Shown: in pieces, positions 9,344-18,331 of the stretch
Layout: each line of letters begins with the position of its first letter
Numbering within the stretch: the stretch's first letter is position 1
Assembly: GCA_905233805.1 (NCBI GenBank)
Contig: CAJOER010000002.1
Coordinates: 1-45,003 of the forward strand
Direction: 5' to 3'
Origin: an uncultured Eubacterium sp.
GTDB lineage: Bacteria; Bacillota; Clostridia; Oscillospirales; Acutalibacteraceae
Length of the DNA: 45,003 nt
Made by a program: the position numbers and the translations under genes
The notes under the pieces: generated by a model
Told to the model about the DNA's origin: nothing
The model's database searches: none
The model's input: the letters and a program-made list of their open reading frames with translations, nothing else

Positions 9344-10476
9344 TTTATCTTGATAATTCGGCTACAACCGCGCCGGAAAAGGCGGTTGCAGAAAAAGTAT
9401 ATAAAATGCTGACGGATAACTTCGGCAACCCGTCAAGTTTTCACCGTGCGGGGCTTGACGCTAACGCCGAACTCAGGCACGCAAGAGAGGTAGTTGCAAA
9501 GTCGCTTTCCGCCGAAGAAGAGGAGATTTTCTTTACCTCGGGCGGAACGGAGGCAAACAACCTTGCAATCTTCGGCGCCGTACAGGCGAACCGAAGAAAA
9601 GGAAAGCGAATTGTTACTACCGCAATTGAGCACGAAAGCGTGCTTGAGGCGGTAAACGAGCTTGAAATGCAGGGCTTTGAGGTAATCCGTCTTGCACCCG
9701 ACAAAAGCGGGAAAATCAGCGAGGAGCAGCTGAAAGAGGCAATAAATAAAGACACAATTCTCGTGTCAGTTATGTACGTCAATAACGAGGTTGGCTCCGT
9801 GCTTCCCGTTAAATGCATAAAAAAGGCAGTTGAAAAGGCGGGGGCGCCTGCGCTCGTTCACATTGACTGCGTTCAGGCGTACGGGAAAATTGAGGTAAAG
9901 CCGAAAAAACTCGGCGCGGATTTGGTTACAATAACGGCGCATAAAATCCACGGACCCAAGGGAGTCGGAGCGCTCTGTATCAGAAAGGGCGCAAGGATTT
10001 TACCGAGGCAGTTCGGCGGCGCGCAGGAGAGCAAAATCCGCCCCGGAACCGAGGCAATTCCGCTTATTGCGGGCTTCGGCAAGGCGGTTGAACTTATCCC
10101 CGATTTAAAGGCGCAAAACGAAAAAATAAAGGACCTGTGTGATTATGCCAGGGCGCAGCTCAAAACGCTTGACGGCGTGATTATTAACAGTGCAGAGGAC
10201 GCGAGTCCGTATATAATCAATCTTTTCGTTCCGTCGTTTATGACGAGCCAGACCCTCGTTCAGCACCTTTCGTCAAACTACGGAATATGTATTTCAAGCG
10301 GTTCCGCGTGCGCGAAGGGCAAAAAGAGCCATGTGCTTACGGCTATGAAACTCGGCGACTCGGTAATCGAGCATTCTATAAGAATAAGTTTTTCGAGAAA
10401 CAGCACGAAAGAAGAGGTTGACGCGCTCGTAAAAGCGCTCGGCGAAACGATAGAAAAATACCCCCAAGGAAGATAA
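9340..10476 (+). CDS. iscS: Cysteine desulfurase (IscS/NifS family)
   Basis: YLDNSATT, GNPSS, TSGGTEANN, AHKIHGPKG, SSGSAC; adjacent to thiI. Confidence 0.93.
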   Translation: MIYLDNSATTAPEKAVAEKVYKMLTDNFGNPSSFHRAGLDANAELRHAREVVAKSLSAEEEEIFFTSGGTEANNLAIFGAVQANRRKGKRIVTTAIEHESVLEAVNELEMQGFEVIRLAPDKSGKISEEQLKEAINKDTILVSVMYVNNEVGSVLPVKCIKKAVEKAGAPALVHIDCVQAYGKIEVKPKKLGADLVTITAHKIHGPKGVGALCIRKGARILPRQFGGAQESKIRPGTEAIPLIAGFGKAVELIPDLKAQNEKIKDLCDYARAQLKTLDGVIINSAEDASPYIINLFVPSFMTSQTLVQHLSSNYGICISSGSACAKGKKSHVLTAMKLGDSVIEHSIRISFSRNSTKEEVDALVKALGETIEKYPQGR

Positions 10477-10481
10477 AAAAG

Positions 10482-11651
10482 ATGAAAGAAATTATCCTGA
10501 TTAAAAACGGAGAAATTGTGCTCAAAGGGCTTAACCGCAACACTTTTGAGGATATTCTCATAAAGAATATGAAAAGGGCGCTCAGTGATATCGGCGAATT
10601 CACTTTCACCAAATCGCAGTCGACGATAACGGTTGAAAACGTCGACGGGAACGCTGACCTTGACGACGCGGTTGACGCGCTTACAAAGGTGTTCGGAATT
10701 GCTGCGCTCTCCCGCGCGGCGGTTGCCGAAAAGGATATGGACGATATTAAAAGGGTAACGCTTGAATATCTAAGCGAGGCTTTGAAGGACGCCAAAACTT
10801 TTAAGGTTGAGGCTAAGAGAAGCGACAAATCGTTCCCGTATAAAACGCCCGATATTCAGCGCGAACTCGGCGGATTCATTCTCTCTCATTTCAACCACCT
10901 GAAGGTTGACGTACACAATCCCGAAATTACCGTTACCGTTGAAGTGAGGGAAGTATATGCCTTTGTAAGAGGTAATAATATAAAGGGCGCGGGCGGTATG
11001 CCCGTATCGACCAACGGCAGGGCGGCAGTACTGATAAGCGGAGGAATTGATTCTCCCGTTGCGGCTTATATGATGGCAAAAAGGGGAATTGAACTCGTTG
11101 CAATTCACTTTGCCTCGCCCCCGTACACAACCGAGCTTGCCGAAGAAAAGGTAATGCAGCTTCTGAAAAAGGTTGCTAAATACAGCGGACCGATAACCAC
11201 TTACGTCGTCGGTTTTACCGAAATTCAGGAGCAGATAAGAGATAAGTGCCCTGAGGATTATTTCACGATAATCATGAGGCGGTATATGATGAAAATAAGC
11301 GAAATTCTTGCAAAGCATCAGCACTGTTCGGCGCTTATCACGGGCGAGAGCGTGGGTCAGGTAGCAAGCCAGACCATATACGCCCTCGGCTGTACAGACG
11401 CGGCGGTTAATATGCCCGTATTCAGACCGTGCATAGGTATGGACAAGGTCGAAATCGTTGCGCTTTCAAGAAAAATTGACACCTTTGAAACCTCAATTCA
11501 GCCCTATGAGGACTGCTGCACGGTATTTACTCCCAAGCACCCGAAAACGAGGGCTAAGCTTCCCGAGGTCGAGGAGGCGGAGAGCGCGCTTGACGAGGGA
11601 CCCCTTATTCAGCGTGCGGTTGAAAATGCAAGAAGAACAGTAATTAAGTAA
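10482..11651 (+). CDS. thiI: tRNA 4-thiouridine synthase ThiI
   Basis: GEIVLKGLNR, THUMP region, SGGIDSPVA PP-loop, TGESVGQVASQT, EDCC. Confidence 0.96.
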   Translation: MKEIILIKNGEIVLKGLNRNTFEDILIKNMKRALSDIGEFTFTKSQSTITVENVDGNADLDDAVDALTKVFGIAALSRAAVAEKDMDDIKRVTLEYLSEALKDAKTFKVEAKRSDKSFPYKTPDIQRELGGFILSHFNHLKVDVHNPEITVTVEVREVYAFVRGNNIKGAGGMPVSTNGRAAVLISGGIDSPVAAYMMAKRGIELVAIHFASPPYTTELAEEKVMQLLKKVAKYSGPITTYVVGFTEIQEQIRDKCPEDYFTIIMRRYMMKISEILAKHQHCSALITGESVGQVASQTIYALGCTDAAVNMPVFRPCIGMDKVEIVALSRKIDTFETSIQPYEDCCTVFTPKHPKTRAKLPEVEEAESALDEGPLIQRAVENARRTVIK

Positions 11652-11664
11652 AGGACGGACTGCT

Positions 11665-12777
11665 ATGGATAATGATTTTGATTTTGAAGACATTTTGAAA
11701 TCGGTTAAGGACAGAGAATCTGAGCCGAGGGGTGAAAAGTCTGCGTCTCAAAGGCCTATCGCGCCCCCAAAGGCGGACCTTGAAACCCAGATGAAAACCC
11801 CTGATATTTCGGTATTTGAGGCTGAGGAGAGAATACAGTACGAGCCGGAAGAGAAGGAGGAGAAGAAGGTTAAACTTTCCTTCGCTCCGCCCGAGCCGAT
11901 TATGAACGCTTTTGAAAAAGTAAAGCAGTTCGGGCTTAAAAAGGCGGGAATAATTCTCTGCGTGGTTCTTGTTCTTATCCTCGGTATTGTCGGCGCGGTT
12001 AAAATTGCAAACTATTCAAAAACCGCTTATATTAAGAAGTACGAAAAGCAGTACAATATAACTTTACCGGCAGGAATTTTAAAAGAATTCTGCGACCTTT
12101 ACGGCGAGAACCAGAAGTTCTCGGGAATGCTTACGATAGAAGACACAAAGACGGATAGCGTAAAAGTTTATTCCGAAAAAAAGAGCGGCTGCGCGCTTCT
12201 TGAAAAGGGAAGCGACGTGAAGGAAGAACAGAAAATCCGTGCGATTGCCATAGACAAAAGCATCGGCGATATTGAAAGCGTATATTCAAGCGCGAAGGGC
12301 TTCCTTAATTCTTCGCAGAAGGTTGTTTTCAAGACTCTTTTCGCCGAAGAGGAATACAGGGTGGTTGCCGCTTATTACACCAACACAAAGCCCGAAGACG
12401 ACGACGGATATGTTTTCCCGTACAACACCTACGGCAACCTTACTAAAGGCAGTTTTTATCAGTTTACCGACAGAATAAAGAGAAAAAGCCTGTATGATAC
12501 GGGATACAAGCTTTTAAACGAAAATCATATTCTCAGCATAAGCGTGCCTAGCGACTTTATGCCTGATTTCAGATTTGTTATTGTATGCGTTAAGGCGGAC
12601 GACGGATTTGAAAAGGCGGAAAACGCTACGGTAAACAGTAAGATATATTATCCGCAGGTCTGGTACGATAAGAACAAGCAGAAAAATCCGTATTATCTTG
12701 CGGGAAAATGGTATCCCGAAATCTTTGTGAACGACAGCGGAGCAACTAAAAAGCTCACGGCAAAGGACTTTCAGTAA
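11665..12777 (+). CDS. Membrane-anchored class B sortase-like protein, catalytic His/Cys apparently absent
   Basis: Single TM; FKTLF..EYRVVAAYYTN..GYVFPY, KRKSLYDTG, RFVIV resemble SrtB; no YGH or TLSTC. Confidence 0.6.
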   Translation: MDNDFDFEDILKSVKDRESEPRGEKSASQRPIAPPKADLETQMKTPDISVFEAEERIQYEPEEKEEKKVKLSFAPPEPIMNAFEKVKQFGLKKAGIILCVVLVLILGIVGAVKIANYSKTAYIKKYEKQYNITLPAGILKEFCDLYGENQKFSGMLTIEDTKTDSVKVYSEKKSGCALLEKGSDVKEEQKIRAIAIDKSIGDIESVYSSAKGFLNSSQKVVFKTLFAEEEYRVVAAYYTNTKPEDDDGYVFPYNTYGNLTKGSFYQFTDRIKRKSLYDTGYKLLNENHILSISVPSDFMPDFRFVIVCVKADDGFEKAENATVNSKIYYPQVWYDKNKQKNPYYLAGKWYPEIFVNDSGATKKLTAKDFQ

Positions 12778-12812
12778 AAAAAGAACCTCACCGAAAGGTG
12801 AGGTTTTCTTTT
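12778..12812. terminator. Bidirectional intrinsic terminator
   Basis: AACCTCACC-GAAA-GGTGAGGTT flanked by A and T tracts between convergent genes. Confidence 0.88.
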
Positions 12813-14727
12813 AATTATCAGCGGGTTTGTAGTTGCTTATATATTTCATAAGTACTTCTCTTACGTTTTCGGGAGTTATCTGAGAAAGATCAGAGAGCAT
12901 ATTTTCAAATTTTTCCTTATTAACGTCAAGCGGCTGATTTACGAAAATCTTTTCGTTTTCGGTTTTTTCTCTCGATTCGATTTCGCTTTCCATTGAAAGT
13001 TCTTCGTAGAGCTTTTCACCCGGTCTTAAACCGACGATTTCTATTCCGATTTCGTCAACCGAATAGCCCGAAAGGCGGATAAGATTTTCGGCAAGGTCCA
13101 TAATTTTTACCGGCTCGCCCATATCGAGAACGAATACCTCGCCGCCCTTTGCAAGGCCTCCCGCCTGGCATACGAGCTGTGCAGCCTCGGGGATGGTCAT
13201 AAAGTATCTTGTAATATCGGGGTGGGTTACCTTTACGGGGCCGCCCTGTTCAATCTGTTTCTGGAAAATCGGGATAACGCTTCCGTGCGAGCCGAGAACG
13301 TTACCGAAGCGAACCGCGGTATACTTTGTGTTTTCACTCACGGTGTCCATATACTGAACGATAATTTCGGTTATCCTCTTGGTGCAGCCCATAACATTGG
13401 TCGGGTTAACCGCCTTGTCGGTTGAAAGAATAACCATCCTGTCAACCTTGTATTCGTCGGCGATAAGCGCAACGTTATAAGTTCCGAATACGTTGTTTTT
13501 AACTGCTTCGCAGGGGCTGTCCTCCATAAGGGGAACGTGCTTGTGCGCCGCTGCGTGGAATACTACCTCGGGGTGGAATTCGTCGAAAACTTCACGCAGC
13601 CTGTCGTTATCTCTTACCGAGCCGATACGCACGAAAATATCAATTTCATCGCCGTAACGGTCGTTGAGTTCGTTTTGGAGTTCAAAGGCACAGTTTTCGT
13701 AAATATCGAAAATTATAATCGACTTGGGATTGTACTTTGCAACCTGCTGGCAAAGCTCGCTTCCTATTGAACCGCCGCCGCCCGTTACGAGAACGGTTTT
13801 TCCGATAAGATAGCGGCAGACCTTTCTGTCAAGCGTAATTTCGGGACGTGAAAGAAGGTCGGCGATTTCAACGTTTCTGACCTTCTTTGAAGCGGTGTTG
13901 TCGAACATCTCTTCAACCGAAGGGCTGATTTTTACCTTTGCGCCCGTCTGGATTGCAAGGTCAATAACCTCCCTCTGGCGCGCCTTGGAGGCGGAGGGGA
14001 AGCAGATAATAATCTGGTCGATATTATATTTTTCTTTAATGCGGGGAATGTCCTCGCATTTTCCGACTACTTTAATTCCGTTGATGTTTTTGCCCTTTTT
14101 CTGGGGGTTATCGTCAACCGCGACTACGGGTACGCCACCCTTGTATTTTTCAGCCCTGAGGGCGTCTATAACGAAGTTGCCCATGAATCCCGCGCCGACA
14201 ATCATTATGCGGTTTTCTTTTCTCTTTGATAAAGAAACGATGGGATATTTTTTCAGTATTCTGAACGCAAAACGCGGAACAATAATTGAAAACGCGATAA
14301 AGAAAAATCCGAGAATATAGGCGTAGTAGGCGAGAGCGCCGTTATATCCTCTGCTCGGGAAAGCCTTGTTAAGAAGAATACGGAAAATTATTCTGTCATC
14401 TATGAACAGAAACGCAGTCTGAAGAAACGCCGATGCCATTCCGCGGATAAATTCGTCTATTCCCGCGTATGTCCACACGCTTCGGTAAAGGCCGAACAAA
14501 TAGTTAAATACAAACGAGATTATGCAAAGCGTAATTAAGTGTATGTATGAAAACAGAAGCGGGGAATAAAAGGTTTCGACCGCCTTGCCCTCGGTAAAGT
14601 AACACATTACGTAGTTGCATAAAAAGAGCAGACCCATATCGAGAATTGCGATAAAGGCATATTTTAAATATTTTGTTATCTGGTTATCGTTGAACTGTAA
14701 ATCTTCAGGAATAATCTTTTTTTCCAT
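12811..14727 (-). CDS. Nucleoside-diphosphate sugar dehydratase, CapD/PglF family
   Basis: N-terminal TMs, VTGGGGSIGSEL, FHAAAHKHVPLME, STDKAVNPTNVMG, RFGNVLGS, LRPGEKLYEEL. Confidence 0.95.
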   Translation of the reverse strand: MEKKIIPEDLQFNDNQITKYLKYAFIAILDMGLLFLCNYVMCYFTEGKAVETFYSPLLFSYIHLITLCIISFVFNYLFGLYRSVWTYAGIDEFIRGMASAFLQTAFLFIDDRIIFRILLNKAFPSRGYNGALAYYAYILGFFFIAFSIIVPRFAFRILKKYPIVSLSKRKENRIMIVGAGFMGNFVIDALRAEKYKGGVPVVAVDDNPQKKGKNINGIKVVGKCEDIPRIKEKYNIDQIIICFPSASKARQREVIDLAIQTGAKVKISPSVEEMFDNTASKKVRNVEIADLLSRPEITLDRKVCRYLIGKTVLVTGGGGSIGSELCQQVAKYNPKSIIIFDIYENCAFELQNELNDRYGDEIDIFVRIGSVRDNDRLREVFDEFHPEVVFHAAAHKHVPLMEDSPCEAVKNNVFGTYNVALIADEYKVDRMVILSTDKAVNPTNVMGCTKRITEIIVQYMDTVSENTKYTAVRFGNVLGSHGSVIPIFQKQIEQGGPVKVTHPDITRYFMTIPEAAQLVCQAGGLAKGGEVFVLDMGEPVKIMDLAENLIRLSGYSVDEIGIEIVGLRPGEKLYEELSMESEIESREKTENEKIFVNQPLDVNKEKFENMLSDLSQITPENVREVLMKYISNYKPADN

Positions 14728-14858
14728 TGAGTTTTATTCTCCCGAATTTATATTGTAAGTCAGTGAATATTATTATAATACATATTATGACTTTTAGCAA
14801 CAAGCAAATTTTACTTTTCCTTAATTATATGCTATAATCATTTCAGGGAGCTGATAAT

Positions 14859-15503
14859 ATGAACGAAATCTATACTCTTACAAGCTCAAGAAACGACAGA
14901 GTTTTTATTCACGTTATGCCGGGGCACTTCGTTTCGGCAAATAACCATATCAACTATTATATAGGAACCTCGGATATAAAGCATAACCACAACGTTGCGG
15001 TTGACGCGGCTATGCTTCTTTCGGGCTATTATATCGAAAGCGGAATCCACGTTGATACCGTGCTTTGTCTTTACGAAACGCAGACTCTCGGCGGTTACCT
15101 TGCCCACGAGCTTGCAAGGCCTAATATGTTCAGCCCGAACCCGAATGCCACGGTTTACGTTCTCGGCGCGGAATATGACGGAACGGGAAATCTTATTTTC
15201 AGAGATAACCTCAGGCGTATGATTGAGGAGCAGAACGTCGTTATTCTTATTTCCTGTATTACGAGCGGAAGAACCGTTGAAAGAGCTATGGAAAGCGTTG
15301 AATACTACGGCGGAAAAGTTGCGGGAATTTCAAGCGCTTTCAGCGCAATAGAGGAGATTCAGGGCATACACGTCAATACGATATTCAGCCTTGACGACAT
15401 ACCGCATTATAAGGCGTACCCCATGCACGACTGCCCCTACTGCCGCCAGGGAATGCCCGTTGACGCAATCTCAAACGGCTACGGCTACTCAATGCTCGGA
15501 TAA
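14859..15503 (+). CDS. Type I phosphoribosyltransferase (orotate PRT-like), atypical PRPP loop
   Basis: PGHF...HINYY, VVILISCITSGRT, C-terminal CPYC..DAISNGYGYS. Confidence 0.7.
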   Translation: MNEIYTLTSSRNDRVFIHVMPGHFVSANNHINYYIGTSDIKHNHNVAVDAAMLLSGYYIESGIHVDTVLCLYETQTLGGYLAHELARPNMFSPNPNATVYVLGAEYDGTGNLIFRDNLRRMIEEQNVVILISCITSGRTVERAMESVEYYGGKVAGISSAFSAIEEIQGIHVNTIFSLDDIPHYKAYPMHDCPYCRQGMPVDAISNGYGYSMLG

Positions 15504-15527
15504 AAATAATAATTTAACAAAAAGTTT

Positions 15528-15565
15528 ACCGTTTACAGTCTATTATCTGTAAACGGTTTTTGTTA
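15528..15565 (+). terminator. Intrinsic terminator
   Basis: ACCGTTTACAG-8nt-CTGTAAACGGT followed by T-rich tract. Confidence 0.8.
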
Positions 15566-15670
15566 TTATTTAAAAAGAATAAAAAACTTATAAAAAAGTG
15601 TAAAATTTTACCTTAGTTATGGTACAGGTAATCGAAAGGACCAAGAATAAACGATGAAGGGGGTGGTTAC

Positions 15671-16189
15671 TTGTCATACAAAAAAGAGGCTGACGAGCTG
15701 TTAAAACAGGCGTATAAGCAGTATTACAGCGATGTTTACAGGTTTGCGCTTTCATATCTTATGAAAGACAGAGCTTCGGTAGACGACGTCGTTCAGGAAA
15801 CCTTCATTGTACTTTATAACAAATATCTTGACGGTGAAGAGGTTACATATACCAAGGCTTTTCTTTTTAAGACGGCTGATAATTTTATTAAAAAGAAATT
15901 CCGTGAAATACAGCGTAACGCAAACAACATCAGCATTGACGAGATAACCGAACTGCCTTCGGAAAACGAAGACCTTGACGCCCGACTGTCCTTTGAAGAG
16001 TATTCAAGACAGATAAGCGAGGCGCTTTCGGACAGAGATGCTGAGCTGTTCAGACTCAGATATATTGACAGGTACTCTCTTGAAGAAATATCCGCTATGC
16101 TTAATGTAAGCATTTCGGCGGTTGGTACGAGAGTATACCGCCTCAGACAGAGGCTTATCAGAATAATTGAAAATAAGTTAAATAACTGA
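15671..16189 (+). CDS. ECF-type RNA polymerase sigma factor
   Basis: VYRFA...DDVVQETF region 2; LRYIDRYSLEEIS..SAVGTRVYRLR region 4. Confidence 0.92.
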   Translation: MSYKKEADELLKQAYKQYYSDVYRFALSYLMKDRASVDDVVQETFIVLYNKYLDGEEVTYTKAFLFKTADNFIKKKFREIQRNANNISIDEITELPSENEDLDARLSFEEYSRQISEALSDRDAELFRLRYIDRYSLEEISAMLNVSISAVGTRVYRLRQRLIRIIENKLNN

Positions 16190-16213
16190 CTTGTTTTCGG
16201 AAAGGAGAGATTT

Positions 16214-18316
16214 ATGCAGAAAGTCAATATCGACAGAGCCTCGTTTAACTCAATGTACAGCGAGGACATCGTTTCCGTCTTGCGGAATATGATAAGCAAC
16301 GAGCTTAATAAGCCCGACGAAAAAGTAAATACGGAATTTGTTGACGAATGCGTAAACGCTCTGCTTGAAATTGAACAGGACAGGGATAAAACCTTCGCGG
16401 TTATAGTTCCGCTTTTTTCAAGCGAGGAATTCCTCGCGGCGATAGGAGGTAAGAAGGGTTACTTCAAAAAGCTCAATAAGTTTACAAGAGCGGCGCTTAT
16501 TGCCGCGGTTGCCGCAGCGTCAAGCGTTACGGTTAACGCCGCGGTTGAGGGCGTTACGGGAGTAAACCTTTTTAAGGAAGCGGGAGTCAGAATTCAGCAG
16601 ACCTTTGAAAAGCTGAACAATGGCGGAGGCATAGAGCACGACTATGACGATTTAGACGAATTTGAGAGAACCTCAACCTCAAAGCCGACGGAAACTACTT
16701 CGCAGCAGGAGGAGAGTATGACCGAAGAGGAAAGTAGTACACCTCAGGCGACCTCTACAACCTTGCAGAGTACAAGCCCGCAGGGCACAACCGGAGGTGC
16801 CACTCAGCCGAGAGATGAGGAGACCACGCAGGCACCCTCTTCTCCCACGCAGAGTACTACCTCACAAGGCTCAACCGGCAGCACTACGCAGCAGCCGACT
16901 CAGCCGACAACGGAGGAACCGACGGCGGAAAGCACAACGAAGAAAAGCGAAAGAAATACCACAACCTCGGTTACGCCGGCAATAGAGGAACCCGACAAGC
17001 CGAAGCCGGAAAAGGTAACGCTTAAATCGCTTGAGGCGTCGTTTGATAACTTCAAATTCGATTACGTTTACGGCGAAAAGCTGAGTTACGACGGCTTAAC
17101 GCTCACGGCGGTTTATTCCGACGGTACGAGAAAGCCGGTTGCCCTGAGCGAGTGCGATTATACTCAGTCGCTCAATATGAACACCACGGCGGACTATACG
17201 CTCAGAGTTATTTACGAAAGCTGCGTGGTTAAAATCCCGATTACGGTACGTCCCGATGAGGAGACGAGAGGCAGCGACAAATGTTCAAACGACGATTTTG
17301 AATACTTCCTCACGGACAAAGGGGCGTATATAACGAAGTATAAGGGAAGCTCAAAGAACATTGACCTCTCTTCCGTCGACTCAAACGAAGTATACGCGAT
17401 AGCCGCGGGCGTATTTGAAAACAGCGATATAGAAACGCTTTACGCGCCCGACGTTAAAAAGATATTCAAAAATGCGTTTAAAAACGCAAAAGAGCTGACG
17501 GTTGCTAATACTCAAAATGCGGAATATATAGGAGAATCGGCGTTTGAGGGCTGCGAAAAGCTCGGCAGTGCAAGCTTTAGCGATAACGCTTCAACTCTCG
17601 GAGAGAGCGCATATAAGGATTCGGGAATAAAGAGCATAAGAGTTCCCGACGGCGTAAGCAGCGTTCCCAAATCGCTTTGCGAGGGTTGTACCAAGCTTGA
17701 AACGGTTGAACTCAACGGAGCAACGAAGGTTGAAAGCAGCGCCTTTGAGGACTGCGCGGCGCTGACGCAGATAAGCGGTATGGGCGCGGTTAAGGAAATC
17801 GGCTCCTTCGCCTTCTACGGAGACGAGCTTGCAGAGATTGACGAGGCGCCGTCAGGGCTTGAAAAAGTCGGCGAAAGCGGACTCGCTTATTGTAAAAAGA
17901 TGGCGATTAAGTCGCTGCCCGATACCTTGAAAGAAATCGACGAATACTCGTTTATGTACGTAACTAAGCTTGAAACGGCTGAAATTAAAAACGGGATAAC
18001 GGTTATTCCCGCAGGCGCTTTTCAGGGCTCGCACATTAAAACGCTTACTCTCCCCGAGGGCTTAACCGCTATTGAGCAGGCGGCGTTTATGAGCACGGTT
18101 ATAAAAGAGGTTACAATCCCGAAAACTGTTAAACGAATTGAAAGCAGAGGGCTTTACGCCTTAACAAGACTTACGGTAAAATTTGAGGGCAATCCCGAAT
18201 ATATCGACGAGGACGCCTTCTATAACTACCGATATTTAAAGTTCCTTGCACACAGGGACACTAAACCCATAGAATATGCCGAGGAACATGATATAGATTA
18301 TGAAATTATTGAATAG
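16214..18316 (+). CDS. Putative anti-sigma factor with Ser/Thr linker, Ig-like domain and extracellular BspA-type LRRs
   Basis: Directly follows ECF sigma; short N-terminal domain, hydrophobic segment ALIAAVAAASSVTV, S/T/Q/E-rich linker, YVYGEKLSYDGLTLTAVYSDG (Big_3-like), IGESAFEGC repeats. Confidence 0.72.
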   Translation: MQKVNIDRASFNSMYSEDIVSVLRNMISNELNKPDEKVNTEFVDECVNALLEIEQDRDKTFAVIVPLFSSEEFLAAIGGKKGYFKKLNKFTRAALIAAVAAASSVTVNAAVEGVTGVNLFKEAGVRIQQTFEKLNNGGGIEHDYDDLDEFERTSTSKPTETTSQQEESMTEEESSTPQATSTTLQSTSPQGTTGGATQPRDEETTQAPSSPTQSTTSQGSTGSTTQQPTQPTTEEPTAESTTKKSERNTTTSVTPAIEEPDKPKPEKVTLKSLEASFDNFKFDYVYGEKLSYDGLTLTAVYSDGTRKPVALSECDYTQSLNMNTTADYTLRVIYESCVVKIPITVRPDEETRGSDKCSNDDFEYFLTDKGAYITKYKGSSKNIDLSSVDSNEVYAIAAGVFENSDIETLYAPDVKKIFKNAFKNAKELTVANTQNAEYIGESAFEGCEKLGSASFSDNASTLGESAYKDSGIKSIRVPDGVSSVPKSLCEGCTKLETVELNGATKVESSAFEDCAALTQISGMGAVKEIGSFAFYGDELAEIDEAPSGLEKVGESGLAYCKKMAIKSLPDTLKEIDEYSFMYVTKLETAEIKNGITVIPAGAFQGSHIKTLTLPEGLTAIEQAAFMSTVIKEVTIPKTVKRIESRGLYALTRLTVKFEGNPEYIDEDAFYNYRYLKFLAHRDTKPIEYAEEHDIDYEIIE

Positions 18317-18331
18317 AAAGGAGAAGAGAAA

